Assembly (NCBI GenBank): GCA_050950825.1
Contig: JBMNIH010000002.1
Location: 256,001 to 320,000, forward strand
Direction of reading: 5' to 3'
Length of the DNA: 64,000 bases
DNA from: Clostridia bacterium
Lineage (GTDB): Bacteria > Bacillota > Clostridia > JAAYHZ01
A model generated the notes under the pieces. That model was given only the letters and a program-made list of their open reading frames with translations. It made no database searches and was not told the origin of the DNA. Below, piece after piece: positions 8,448-18,170 of this stretch. The position numbers were made by a program, and so were the translations under genes. How positions within the stretch are numbered: the stretch's first letter is position 1; the number at the start of each line of letters is the position of its first letter.

Positions 8448-9887
8448 ATGAACAAGAACGTACCTATTTTAGCCGGAGTTGCAAAAAGAGAGATAACGGC
8501 GCAGGGCGGGCGGCCCGTAAACGACCCCCTCTATGCAAGGGTACTTGTTATGGATGACCGTACAAAAAGAATAGCGATCATCGCCATGGATACCGTAGGC
8601 ATAGGCGGTCCTTTTGATCTTGGAGATGACTTTATGGATAAGCTTCGTGCTCGTATCGTATCCGAACTGTCCATTGATCCTAGCGGCATATTAATAAATG
8701 CAACCCACACCCACACGGAAGGTCCGATGCTTTGTAACCAAGATGCGGTTCTTGACAGAACCTTTGAAGCCGTAAAGGAAGCATGTGACAACCTTCGCAT
8801 CGTTACGGTAGGCTCGGGTATGGCTATGGAGTCAAGCGCCATTATCAACCGTACGCTGCGGCTTAAGGACGGGACACACCAAACCGTGCGCCAAGCTCAT
8901 CCCTGTCCGCAGGACGAAGACGTGGAAAGTCTTGGTCCCGTCGACCCGTCTATCGGGATCCTTCGTTTTGACTCCGAGGATGCAAAGCCTTATGCCATCC
9001 TATACACCTATTCGTGCCACCCTTTGTTGGGCGTACCGGACAAGGCGATCACGGCGAATTTTCCGGGTTTTGCCTCAAAAATTATCGAGGATTGTACCGG
9101 CTGTTCGGCGATCTTCCTTCAAGGCACCCTTGGCGACGTGTGCGAGGTCTTGTACAAGGATGTTACGCAGCCCATGGATAGCGAACCGGTAGGAAGGCTA
9201 CTCGGAATTAGTACGATAAAAGGGGCTCGGGAAATACAAACCCGGTCCGTATCCGTCAATGCCATAACGGAAAAGGCGGAGCTTCCGCTGAGGGTAGATA
9301 TTCCGGCGCGAATCGATGATTTAAAGCAAAAGCAGGAAGAGCTTTTGGAATCCTTAGGAGCCATGAGCCTTAATTTTAAAACCTTCCTTCCCCTGTATAT
9401 CCGGCATATGATGGATCCGAAACATCCTTCCGATTATTCGTACAGGTACATGCAAGCCCGGGACGATCGGCTGCATCACTTAGACGCTCAAAACAAAGCT
9501 CGCATACAAAAGTATCTACAGAACATTTGCACCATGGAAAAGCTCTGTAGAATACGGAGCGATATGAAAACCCTCGAGTATCATGATAAAATGATTCGTG
9601 ATCTCGGAAAACAGACGGTTTCGTGCGAAATCGTCGGCATACGCATAGGGGATTTCGTCATGATATCATCCCCTGCGGAAATGCTTGTGGAAACGGGGCA
9701 AATCATGAAATCCTCTTCGCCCTATCGGCACACCTATGTGATATCCCCCTCAAACGGGTATGTACATTACGGAGCACCCGCTTCTTATTACGACAAGGGC
9801 GGCTACGAGGTGACGGAATGCATGCTGGCACCGGAGTGGCAGAAGATCTATGAGCGGGTTGCCTTGGATATTATCCGTCGTCTTTGA
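8448..9887 (+). CDS. Neutral/alkaline ceramidase-like hydrolase
   Basis: DPLYARVLV, ATHTHT.GP, NR, CHP, FLQG..GD and GGYE motifs; RBS AAGGAGG before ATG 8448. Confidence 0.7.
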   Translation: MNKNVPILAGVAKREITAQGGRPVNDPLYARVLVMDDRTKRIAIIAMDTVGIGGPFDLGDDFMDKLRARIVSELSIDPSGILINATHTHTEGPMLCNQDAVLDRTFEAVKEACDNLRIVTVGSGMAMESSAIINRTLRLKDGTHQTVRQAHPCPQDEDVESLGPVDPSIGILRFDSEDAKPYAILYTYSCHPLLGVPDKAITANFPGFASKIIEDCTGCSAIFLQGTLGDVCEVLYKDVTQPMDSEPVGRLLGISTIKGAREIQTRSVSVNAITEKAELPLRVDIPARIDDLKQKQEELLESLGAMSLNFKTFLPLYIRHMMDPKHPSDYSYRYMQARDDRLHHLDAQNKARIQKYLQNICTMEKLCRIRSDMKTLEYHDKMIRDLGKQTVSCEIVGIRIGDFVMISSPAEMLVETGQIMKSSSPYRHTYVISPSNGYVHYGAPASYYDKGGYEVTECMLAPEWQKIYERVALDIIRRL

Positions 9888-9929
9888 GCGTTTGATATAT
9901 ATCAAGAAGTCTTTTTTTCGGAAAAAAAC

Positions 9930-9969
9930 AAAAGGGCCGTTTTCACTTGGAAGTGATAACGGTCCTTTT
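9930..9969. terminator. Bidirectional terminator
   Basis: AAAAGGGCCGTT-TTCACT...AGTGA-AACGGTCCTTTT between convergent genes. Confidence 0.75.
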
Positions 9970-9992
9970 CTTCTTTCCCGTATAAAGGAAGC

Positions 9993-11783
9993 CTATTCTT
10001 TCATCTTGAATTTGTCACCGGGATCGTATTTTTCAAAAGCCGGGTTGTTGTATATTTCATCCACCAGTCTTTGTAATCCCGCTGCATACAATTGATCGAT
10101 ATACTGACTCCATTCGCTGTTAATGTCGGCGACCTCTCCTTCAATGACTCTTTGCTTAAAGTCGTAAAAGACCGTAGATATTTCGGAACCGACTTCGTCA
10201 TTTATTTCTAAAAATATTTGGTACAGCTCTCTTCCCATATAGACTTCGGAGCGGTACTTTTCGGGGTTCAAAGCGTACTTTTCGAAGAGCCCGTGGGCAT
10301 GCATATACGGCATGTATGCCCAATACCCGTTATTAACGGCATTGTCGATTTGCTGTTGTACAACGGAGGGGTATACAAATAAAGTAAATACATTGGTTTT
10401 TCCTCTGTATTGTTCCGGCAGATCCGCTCTCGGCGTGCTTATCCTGTTGCTTACATACGGTTCTCCCGCCCACTTCCAATGGATACCTTCTATACCGTAT
10501 TGGTATCGCAAATAGATGTCTTGGCTGCTGAAAACGGTGTACTGCAGCAACCTTAATATTCTTTCGAGCTCTGCATCCGAAACTTGGCTTCCTACCATTT
10601 GGACACGCCAAGTACCCGTACCGAAAGGATCGATGTTATAGGTCTTGTTTACCGCCACACCGTTCGGACCTCGAAACATGGGACCGATCACAAAACGAGC
10701 ATTTTCGTCGGTGTTTAATAAAATGTTTTGAGGAGGTAAAACCCTGTAGGCGTCGCTGTTTAAGTTTAGATAACCGCCGCCGTTGATTTGCATAATGCCT
10801 ACTCGATTTGTCAACGAAACCTGCTGGTATTCGGTGTACCAGTAATCGATACCCGGAAGCTTTCTCATGTATCCTTTTTGAAGCATGTCGGATATCCATT
10901 TCAAGTAATCTTTAAAGGGAGTGTAGGCATAATAGGGTACGACATTGCCGGTTGCCGGATCTTTGTATAAATAATTTTGATCTTCCACGAAGCCGAATAA
11001 TCCGTATTGCGACATATTGACCGTTGCATCGTAGTCCAAATACATCATTCCGTATGTATCGTCTTGGCCGTTTCCATCCGGATCATCCTCGGTAAACTTC
11101 TTCATGATATCCAACAAGTCATCAAAAGACATGTTCCCTTCGGTAAAATAGATGTTGTCGTTGAATTTTTCATAACCTTCCACCGTCATTTTAACCGGGG
11201 TTAACCTGCTCGGGTCGATTCCGTATCCTACGGCTTCAAGCCAATCCAGGTTTACACAGGTTGCATCATAGAAGTATTGGCATCCGCTGATATTAACGTG
11301 AGTTAATCCCAAATACTCGTCGTCTTTGCCTTCTACCAAGTTATACATGAATCCGACAGGCAATCTTTCCAATAAGGCATAATACCCGGGAAGATAGTTT
11401 CGGATCATATCGATATGTATGGAACGTGTCAGCTGTTCTTTATACATATCTTCCGGGCTACGAGGGCAAGCAGGCATAAAGAAAAAGTCAGGAATATCGC
11501 CGGCTGCAACCAAAGCCGCCATTTGCTCCGCGTTTCTCGAATCAAGAGGCCAACAATTGAGGTCAATGTTGAACATTTCTTCAAGCTCCGTTTCATCCCA
11601 TCTTCCCTCAATGTAATCCGCATTTTCTTCGGTTAACCAAGTAATTTCAAAAAATTCTTCGAAGGGATTTTCTTCAACCGCCGTCGTTGTCGTTTCATTT
11701 TTTGGCTCTTTTTCCTCCGATCGACTGCAAGCACAAGTCATAACCAATAAGACTATAAGAAGTAGCGATAGTATTTTTCTCAT
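9993..11783 (-). CDS. Extracellular solute-binding lipoprotein, paralog 2
   Basis: MRKIL...TCAC lipobox, EENPFEEFFEITW, FTEDDPDGNGQDDTYG; clear paralog of 3780-5720 and 24813-26633. Confidence 0.85.
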   Translation of the reverse strand: MRKILSLLLIVLLVMTCACSRSEEKEPKNETTTTAVEENPFEEFFEITWLTEENADYIEGRWDETELEEMFNIDLNCWPLDSRNAEQMAALVAAGDIPDFFFMPACPRSPEDMYKEQLTRSIHIDMIRNYLPGYYALLERLPVGFMYNLVEGKDDEYLGLTHVNISGCQYFYDATCVNLDWLEAVGYGIDPSRLTPVKMTVEGYEKFNDNIYFTEGNMSFDDLLDIMKKFTEDDPDGNGQDDTYGMMYLDYDATVNMSQYGLFGFVEDQNYLYKDPATGNVVPYYAYTPFKDYLKWISDMLQKGYMRKLPGIDYWYTEYQQVSLTNRVGIMQINGGGYLNLNSDAYRVLPPQNILLNTDENARFVIGPMFRGPNGVAVNKTYNIDPFGTGTWRVQMVGSQVSDAELERILRLLQYTVFSSQDIYLRYQYGIEGIHWKWAGEPYVSNRISTPRADLPEQYRGKTNVFTLFVYPSVVQQQIDNAVNNGYWAYMPYMHAHGLFEKYALNPEKYRSEVYMGRELYQIFLEINDEVGSEISTVFYDFKQRVIEGEVADINSEWSQYIDQLYAAGLQRLVDEIYNNPAFEKYDPGDKFKMKE

Positions 11784-11943
11784 TAAGATACCTCCTTTCA
11801 TTCATTCCTTGGTTTTTTTTCAAAAAATAAATTTCTTTGTATCTTAATCTTATCTTCCTCCCCGAACAATACAATGAAACGGTTAGCCATAAAACCGCCA
11901 TTCCTGTCTGATTTTTTTAATTGAAAAACCGACTGAAAATATG

Positions 11944-11982
11944 AAAAAGTCGGAACCCTATATTAGGCTCCGACTCTTTTTT
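11944..11982. terminator. Terminator after sialidase-like gene
   Basis: AAAAAGTCGGA-CCTA...TAGG-TCCGACTCTTTTTT hairpin with flanking A/T runs. Confidence 0.7.
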
Positions 11983-11989
11983 GCATTTT

Positions 11990-13066
11990 CTATTTCATTT
12001 TATTTACAATCATTTTTAGCCTCGCTTTTTCCGTCACGCACCGTCCTTGCCGAATGTCTTCTTCGGTAATTACGGCCATAAGAATCTCCTTTGCGTCATA
12101 TCGTTCTCTGTCATAGATGATATAAACGGTTCCGTCTTCCGCCTGTACCCCGTCGGGATAGGAAACCCGGCTTCTTTCGTCTATCGTTATTTTGTATTTC
12201 CAAGTCATCCCGTCATCCTCGGACAGCATGGCCGTAAGATGACTCCTGCCCGTAAAATTCAGGTGGTTTACCAACAAAAGGTTACCCGATTGCAGTCTTC
12301 GGATAAAAAAGCGGGAATTGGGACCGCCCAATCCGGAATCTCTTCCCGGCGTCCAAGTCTTTCCTTTGTCGAAGGAATAGCTTTCACCGATACCGTATTT
12401 TGTCCGAACCAACATCCATAAGGACCCGTCCTTTTTCTCGACAATCATGTGTTCGTCAAAAGCCCGGTCCGGTACATCCGCCCGCCCTTGAAGGCGAAAG
12501 TTTTTGCCTTGGTCGTCGCTGATGTACACATTGGAGAATCGTTCTTCTTCCAAGCGATTGAATTCGGAATCTCTGCATTTCCAAACGGCACAGGGAAAAA
12601 GCCACTCGCCCGTTGAAAGAATCGTAGGCTTGTTAATCATGATACCGTGGCATATGCGAATAGGCGTACTCCAAGCCGCATCATCATCGTCCGGATTTTC
12701 CATAACCGATGCCCAAACCCCGGCACGACCGTCATACAAGGTGTAGCTTTGGCTCCAAAACCACCAAAGCCTTCCTAAAGGATCGATCCATAAGCAAGGG
12801 TCAAATGCCCTCACCTTGTCGGGAGGATCGATTACATATAAAGGATCGGACCAAGTAAGCCCGTTGTCATCGCTTTTTAGTAACAATACGAAGTTTTCCG
12901 AGCCTTCTCCCTTGCCTCCGCTGTAGAAGGTAGCGTATAGGCGACCTTTTCTCGTTCTTTCGATACCGGGTATGCCCTGCCATAGACGTTTCATGTAGAG
13001 CCCATCATGCTTTTGATCCAATTTTTTCGGAAGCACCGTCAAAAGAGCCAAATCCTTGTTTTCCAT
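11990..13066 (-). CDS. BNR/Asp-box sialidase-family protein
   Basis: Four Asp boxes (SDDNGLTW, SDDQGKNF, SFDKGKTW, SEDDGMTW) and SYP. QGIP replaces the canonical FRIP; no signal peptide. Confidence 0.85.
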   Translation of the reverse strand: MENKDLALLTVLPKKLDQKHDGLYMKRLWQGIPGIERTRKGRLYATFYSGGKGEGSENFVLLLKSDDNGLTWSDPLYVIDPPDKVRAFDPCLWIDPLGRLWWFWSQSYTLYDGRAGVWASVMENPDDDDAAWSTPIRICHGIMINKPTILSTGEWLFPCAVWKCRDSEFNRLEEERFSNVYISDDQGKNFRLQGRADVPDRAFDEHMIVEKKDGSLWMLVRTKYGIGESYSFDKGKTWTPGRDSGLGGPNSRFFIRRLQSGNLLLVNHLNFTGRSHLTAMLSEDDGMTWKYKITIDERSRVSYPDGVQAEDGTVYIIYDRERYDAKEILMAVITEEDIRQGRCVTEKARLKMIVNKMK

Positions 13067-13176
13067 GTTATTTGTTCTCCTTCCTTTGTTCGTTTCCGAT
13101 CAATTTCATTATATCGAATAAATGAAAATTTCTTTATTTCAATCGAAAAAATCAATAAATAAAGCGAATACTATCA

Positions 13177-13205
13177 TTGACAGAATGAAAGATACGTGTT
13201 ATTCT
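13177..13205 (+). promoter_or_regulatory. sigmaA promoter of SDR gene
   Basis: TTGACA-17 bp-TATTCT with extended TG. Confidence 0.75.
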
Positions 13206-13209
13206 TTCT

Positions 13210-13227
13210 TTGTTAATATATTAACAA
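13210..13227. promoter_or_regulatory. Rex-type operator
   Basis: Perfect palindrome TTGTTAATATATTAACAA, matching the clostridial Rex consensus TTGTTAAnnnnTTAACAA, over the predicted +1. Confidence 0.75.
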
Positions 13228-13279
13228 TAAAGCTATAGAATATTCCGTTCGGGAGAATATTTGGAATCGGGAGGTATGT

Positions 13280-14038
13280 ATGTTTTCACTGAAAGGACGG
13301 GTAGCGGTCGTAACGGGAGCATCATCGGGATTAGGCCTTCAAATGGCCCAAGGCTTTGCCAAGCAAGGCGCAGACCTGGTGATTATGGCCCGAAGAATGG
13401 ATCGATTGGAAAAAATCGCAGAAGAATTCAGAGCCCAAGGAGTAAGATGTCTACCTCTAAAATGTGATGTCACCAATACGGAAGAAGTGAATCGGGCTGC
13501 GGAAGCGGCATTTAAAGAATACGGAAGAATCGACATTCTCGTGAACAATGCCGGCGCCTCAAGAAACGCCGGGGTATTGGAAATGACCGACGAGGATTGG
13601 AATTTCACCATCGAAGCGGATTTAACAAGCGTGTTTAAAGTCACGAGAGCCTTTTCCAAGTATATGGTCGAGCAAAGATACGGACGTATCATTAACATTG
13701 CCTCCATATACGGACAAGTGGGCAACACCGCTATGGATACCATCGCTTACCACTCCTCCAAAGGCGGAGTTATCAACTTTACAAGAGCCGTTGCGGCGGA
13801 GCTTGCAAAATACAATATAACATGCAACTGCATAAGCCCGGGCTATTTTGAAACGGAATTGACAGCCGATACGTTGAAAACCGAAGCGTTTACGAACTAT
13901 ATGAAAGCGACCGTTCCTTTGAGACGCTACGGAAGGCCCGGCGAATTGAATGCGGCTGCCGTGTTCTTAGCCAGTGAAGAAGCCTCGTATATCACGGGTC
14001 AAAACATCAAGGTTGACGGCGGATATACGGCAGTATAA
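13280..14038 (+). CDS. SDR-family NAD(P)-dependent oxidoreductase (gluconate 5-dehydrogenase-like)
   Basis: TGASSGLG, NNAG, YHSSK, PG.F.T and ITGQ...VDGG motifs. Confidence 0.93.
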   Translation: MFSLKGRVAVVTGASSGLGLQMAQGFAKQGADLVIMARRMDRLEKIAEEFRAQGVRCLPLKCDVTNTEEVNRAAEAAFKEYGRIDILVNNAGASRNAGVLEMTDEDWNFTIEADLTSVFKVTRAFSKYMVEQRYGRIINIASIYGQVGNTAMDTIAYHSSKGGVINFTRAVAAELAKYNITCNCISPGYFETELTADTLKTEAFTNYMKATVPLRRYGRPGELNAAAVFLASEEASYITGQNIKVDGGYTAV

Positions 14039-14073
14039 CGAAACCACACCCTATTGATACCTTTATATATACG

Positions 14074-14107
14074 GCGCTGTCCTTATTTGGGACAGCGCAA
14101 TTTTTTT
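14074..14107 (+). terminator. Intrinsic terminator
   Basis: GCGCTGTCC-loop-GGACAGCGC followed by AA and T7. Confidence 0.75.
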
Positions 14108-14169
14108 CTTATTCATAGAGGAGAAACCCGATTCGCATTGAATATATACTAAAGCATAAATGGAAGCGG

Positions 14170-14967
14170 GTGATTCTTATTAAAATCGGTATAACAGGTT
14201 GTTTAGACAGATTGCCAATCGTAAAGGCAATAGGCTTTGATTTTGTAGAACCCGGCGCATACAACGTGTACGGCATGTCGGAAGAAGATTTTTCAAAATT
14301 GGAACAAGATATTCGGCATCACGAAGTTCCGGCATCGGCTTTTAACATGTTCTTCCCCACGGAGATAAAGACAACGGGAGATGATGTGGATTACGACAGG
14401 ATTGCCGATTACTTGCACAAGTGCTTAGCCCGGTGCAAAAAGCTAGGCGGAGAAGTTGTGGTATACGGAAGCGGAAACTCGCGAAAAGTGCCGGACGGCT
14501 TCGATTTTGAAAAAGCTTGGAGGCAGCTGGTAACCTTCTTCAAGCTTGCCGGAGATATTGCGGTCCAATACAATATCACCATTGTCATTGAACCTCTTTA
14601 CAAGAAGAATACCAACATCATTAATACCGTTGCCGAAGGGTTAAGCTTATGCAAAGAAGTCGATCATCCCGGCATCCGGCTTTTGGCCGACAGTTTTCAT
14701 ATGATTCATGAAAACGAAAGCCCGGAAATCATTCTGAAAGCCGGTTCCGAATATTTGCATCACATCCATATCCGGGACGATACGGAAGGCTTCCCTTTGG
14801 AAAAAGACCGCCCCTATTTTACAACCTTCCTCTCCTATTTAAAGAAAATCGGATATGATAAAACCCTAAGCTTCGAAGTAAGCACAAGAAAAATGACGCC
14901 GGATGAATTCGAAGAAAAAGCCGCAGCCGGATTAAAGCTGCTAAAGGAATGGATGGAAGAAGCATAA
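14170..14967 (+). CDS. Sugar phosphate isomerase/epimerase (xylose isomerase-like TIM barrel)
   Basis: GFDFVE, IEPL, ADSFHM, HIHI.D and SFE metal ligands. Confidence 0.88.
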   Translation: MILIKIGITGCLDRLPIVKAIGFDFVEPGAYNVYGMSEEDFSKLEQDIRHHEVPASAFNMFFPTEIKTTGDDVDYDRIADYLHKCLARCKKLGGEVVVYGSGNSRKVPDGFDFEKAWRQLVTFFKLAGDIAVQYNITIVIEPLYKKNTNIINTVAEGLSLCKEVDHPGIRLLADSFHMIHENESPEIILKAGSEYLHHIHIRDDTEGFPLEKDRPYFTTFLSYLKKIGYDKTLSFEVSTRKMTPDEFEEKAAAGLKLLKEWMEEA

Positions 14968-14988
14968 CGCGTTAAAAAGGGGGATGTT

Positions 14989-15994
14989 TCATTTGCTATT
15001 TCCTTTTATACATTTACTTTTGAAGGAGCAATCACTGCAATCTTCGCATGTATAAACCGTTTTCTCGCTCAAAAATCCGTTTTTGCTTCTTTTCTTTATT
15101 ATATCGCTAACGACAAGTTTTCTCTTGTTATGACAGACGTAATAATCTCCTTCTGCATGGTATTCCATATTTTCCATAAGACCAATGTCATTTTTATATT
15201 TCTTGGTTTTGGATTGTTCGTAATTTAACGGTTTAATATACGCCGATTGGCCGTTTTTATCCAAGTAAATATAGTTTTCTTCGCTTTCGTATCCTGCGTC
15301 CGCGACAACTTTTTTGTATTTGAATTTTAAATGGGATCTCATTTCATTCAAAAAAGGTATTAGAGTCGGTGCATCCGTTGTGCATTGATTCACCGTTACC
15401 CATGTTATGTACTCGGAGTCAACGCCATGCTGAATGTTATATGCCGCTTTCAGCTGACCGTTGCCCATAGCGTCCTCTTTCATTCTCATAAACGTCGCAT
15501 CGTGATCCGTTTTTGAAAAACTGTTGCGGTCTCCGCATACATGTATGTTTTTCGTATATTCCTTCAGCTTATCCAAATAATTCTCCAAAGTCTCAATGGA
15601 TCGTTGGAAAGGTGTTTTTCTCTTCCCTTTTCCATGTACGAACTCGATGTTTTCTTCCTTCTTTATGGCATACAGTCTCTTGCGTAACTTTTTAACGTGT
15701 TTCATTTCGACTTGATTATTGTATACTATTTTGATTCCGTACTTTTCCTCGCATTCCGCGAAGAAATCCGCCAATTTTGCAAGCAACTTCTCTTGATTTT
15801 TTGTGACCGCTCTTTTCCAGACAAAAGTGTATTTGTTTGCACACGCCTCTATTTTCGTGCCGTCAATAAATATGGCGTCGCCGGATAATTCTCCGATATC
15901 ATAGAGAAATTCGGACATTTCACTCAAAATTCTTTTGGCACAAGGTGTGAAATGCAAGCTTCGAAACCTGGAAAACGTTGCATGATCAGGTACC
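14989..15994 (-). pseudogene. IS1182-family transposase, central fragment (5' part deleted, 3' truncated)
   Basis: PDHATFSRFR, IDGTKIEA.ANKYTFVW, SKTDHDATFMRMKED.M.NGQLK and ADAGY.SEENY motifs. Ends at KCIKGNSK* without the usual C-terminal DDE segment. Confidence 0.88.
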
Positions 15995-16113
15995 GGCAGC
16001 GTAAAGTAAGTTTCGGATAATAATCAATGGAAGAATATAACAAATAGAAAGAGGACCCCGATTGTGATATGATTAAATTTCCATACAAAAAATCACAAAG
16101 GAAGGTGTCCTCT

Positions 16114-17598
16114 ATGTATAAAAGTATACTACATTTTATTGAAAATGGGTTAGTCGAAATTGAAAAAATGATGGGTGATATTCTGGCAGGTAAAAAAGAT
16201 GCCGATGATTTGACTGCACTCGTTAATAAAGTTACGTCAACGTTAGCGGTCAGCCTTATAGTGGATTTGTACGAGAAAGCTGATAACGATATACGAGAAA
16301 GCAGCGTGAGAAAAAAGTATTGGAATGTCGAGCACAGGAACAAAAAGAAAACCATCGTAGATGTCATGGGTAAGGTTGAATTCTGCCGAACCGGATATTG
16401 TGCGAAAGGAACGGGTGAGTATGTATATCTTTTGGATCAGGTGCTCGGATTTGAACCGCACCAGAAGGTAACGCTAGGCGCAGCTGCGAGAGCCTTGGAA
16501 GAAAGTATAGACAGCAGTTACCGCAAAGGCGGAGAGAATGCAAGCATAAAAGCGGAAGAAGGCATTAGCAAACAAGCCGTGATGGATCTGGTACATGAGA
16601 TTGAGGCGGACATGCCGATGCCGGAACCGGAAGGAAAGAAGAAGATAAAAAGGCTTCATGTCATAGCCGATGAAGATCATGTGGCGGCACAGTTTTGGAA
16701 TGAAAAGGGCGATTTGAAGCGAGATGCGAGGGGCCATAAGATTAATACCCTGATGCCTAAGCTTGTTTGTGTATTCGAGGATATTATCAATGAATCGGGG
16801 GAAGCATCCAAGAATCCCAGATATAAGCTGATCGGAAAAAAATACTTTTGCGGTATTTACGAGGGTGGCAAAGGCAACGAAAAGCTTTGGATGGAGGTTG
16901 CCGAATACATAGAAAAAACATACGATACGGACTATCTTGAGAGAATATACGTAGTCGGAGACGGAGCTTCGTGGATAAAAAAAGGATGCGAATATTTGGA
17001 GAACAGCAAATATGTCCTTGATAAATACCATATGATGAAATATATAAACAGGTCAGTGGCGCATCTTTACGATAGCGCGGACGAGGTGAAAGACTGGATT
17101 TGGGGAGCCTTGAATCGTTTGGACAAAAAGGAATTGAAGAATATCTATGAGCAGATCCTGAAGGTTACGGAAAGTGAAAACAAGAAGCAAGAAGTGGAAG
17201 ATGCGTTAAGATATTTTCTAAATCATTGGCAAGGGATAAAAACCCGAGTGGAAGAAACAAGCGGCTGGACATATTGCATAGAAGGGCAAATAAGCCATGT
17301 ATTGTCGGCAAGAATGAGCAGCAGACCAATGGGATGGAGCGAATTGGGTTGCGACCGCATGGCAAGGCTCAGAGCGTACAAAAGAAACGGCGGTAAGATT
17401 CTTGACTTGCTAAAATATCAAAAACAACGAAAAAAGCAAAAGGAAAGGCGTGAAGCACAAGAAGAATTGATAAGAGATCTGAGAAGAAGACATTCAAAAT
17501 GGACGTATGCGGAAGATACCAGACGTCACATACATGGTTTGGAAAGGAGCAGTATGAAGTGGCTAAAGAATATGACCACACTGGCTTGGGACGCATAA
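16114..17598 (+). CDS. ISLre2-family transposase (UPF0236)
   Basis: ADEDHV, GDGASWI, LDKYH, EGQISHVLSARMSSRPMGWS; RBS GAAGGTG before ATG 16114 (track start 16069). Confidence 0.92.
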   Translation: MYKSILHFIENGLVEIEKMMGDILAGKKDADDLTALVNKVTSTLAVSLIVDLYEKADNDIRESSVRKKYWNVEHRNKKKTIVDVMGKVEFCRTGYCAKGTGEYVYLLDQVLGFEPHQKVTLGAAARALEESIDSSYRKGGENASIKAEEGISKQAVMDLVHEIEADMPMPEPEGKKKIKRLHVIADEDHVAAQFWNEKGDLKRDARGHKINTLMPKLVCVFEDIINESGEASKNPRYKLIGKKYFCGIYEGGKGNEKLWMEVAEYIEKTYDTDYLERIYVVGDGASWIKKGCEYLENSKYVLDKYHMMKYINRSVAHLYDSADEVKDWIWGALNRLDKKELKNIYEQILKVTESENKKQEVEDALRYFLNHWQGIKTRVEETSGWTYCIEGQISHVLSARMSSRPMGWSELGCDRMARLRAYKRNGGKILDLLKYQKQRKKQKERREAQEELIRDLRRRHSKWTYAEDTRRHIHGLERSSMKWLKNMTTLAWDA

Positions 17599-17641
17599 GC
17601 AGCTTGAACCGCTATGACTTTGTAACCGTGTGACGGTAGGC

Positions 17642-17805
17642 TTTATGCCGCGAAAGTCGCTTTACGATGAGTAGACGGCATGTTAGGCTTGTCTGCCTGG
17701 CATCAAACACACAAAGCCGTATCCGGCTTCACCCTGTAGGAAGATGCCGCAGAGGCCACTAAACATGCCGGCAGAGGCTCGTCGTAAAGCGAACCGTGGA
17801 ATAAA
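17642..17805. repeat. Long imperfect inverted repeat (rod-like structure) in ISLre2 3' non-coding region
   Basis: Nested pairings 17657-17671/17778-17792, 17676-17684/17762-17770, 17699-17704/17743-17748 and an inner hairpin 17714-17729. Confidence 0.7.
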
Positions 17806-17990
17806 TGAGTACTTTACTTGTGCATTTGCTATTGTCTTCATGAATTCTTGAATAGGGGTGATGTGTAATAATCAATTAAAAAAACAAATGTGGAAAAATT
17901 GATGGAAATGATATATGATACAGACAAGATTTAATCTTATCATAAGGGTGAACTCTCTCTTTTTATTTCCGAATGTATATTGACGCTATC

Positions 17991-18061
17991 TCTATTGGAA
18001 GTTTTAGTTGATAATTTCTTCGTTTAAATGTATACTTCTTATTAAGTTTTAAGTTTTTCAT
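17991..18061 (-). pseudogene. IS1182-family transposase N-terminal fragment
   Basis: Manual translation MKNLKLNKKYTFKRRNYQLKLPI; YQLKLP is typical of the N-terminus of this group; abuts the ISLre2 end. Confidence 0.7.
18008..18036 (+). promoter_or_regulatory. sigmaA-like promoter antisense to the IS1182 transposase start
   Basis: TTGATA-17 bp-TATACT. Confidence 0.6.
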
Positions 18062-18121
18062 ATTGTTATTTTACCATAAATCCCTTGCTTCTTGGGCATC
18101 GGGATTTATTTTTTATCAATT

Positions 18122-18169
18122 AAAAAGAGGCTGTGCACTATTTCTTTTTAGTGCAACAGCCCCTTTTTT
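18122..18169. terminator. Bidirectional terminator / IS1182 boundary hairpin
   Basis: AAAAAGAGGCTGTGCACTA...TAGTGCAACAGCCCCTTTTTT immediately after the GH stop codon. Confidence 0.7.
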
Positions 18170-18170
18170 A

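Larger units (their letters stand above)
15995..17990 (+). mobile_element. Second, divergent ISLre2-family IS nested in the IS1182 transposase
   Basis: Imperfect IRs GGCAGCGTAAAGTAAGTTTCGGA / GATAGCGTCAATATACATTCGGA; IS1182 coding sequence on both flanks; no target duplication. Confidence 0.82.
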
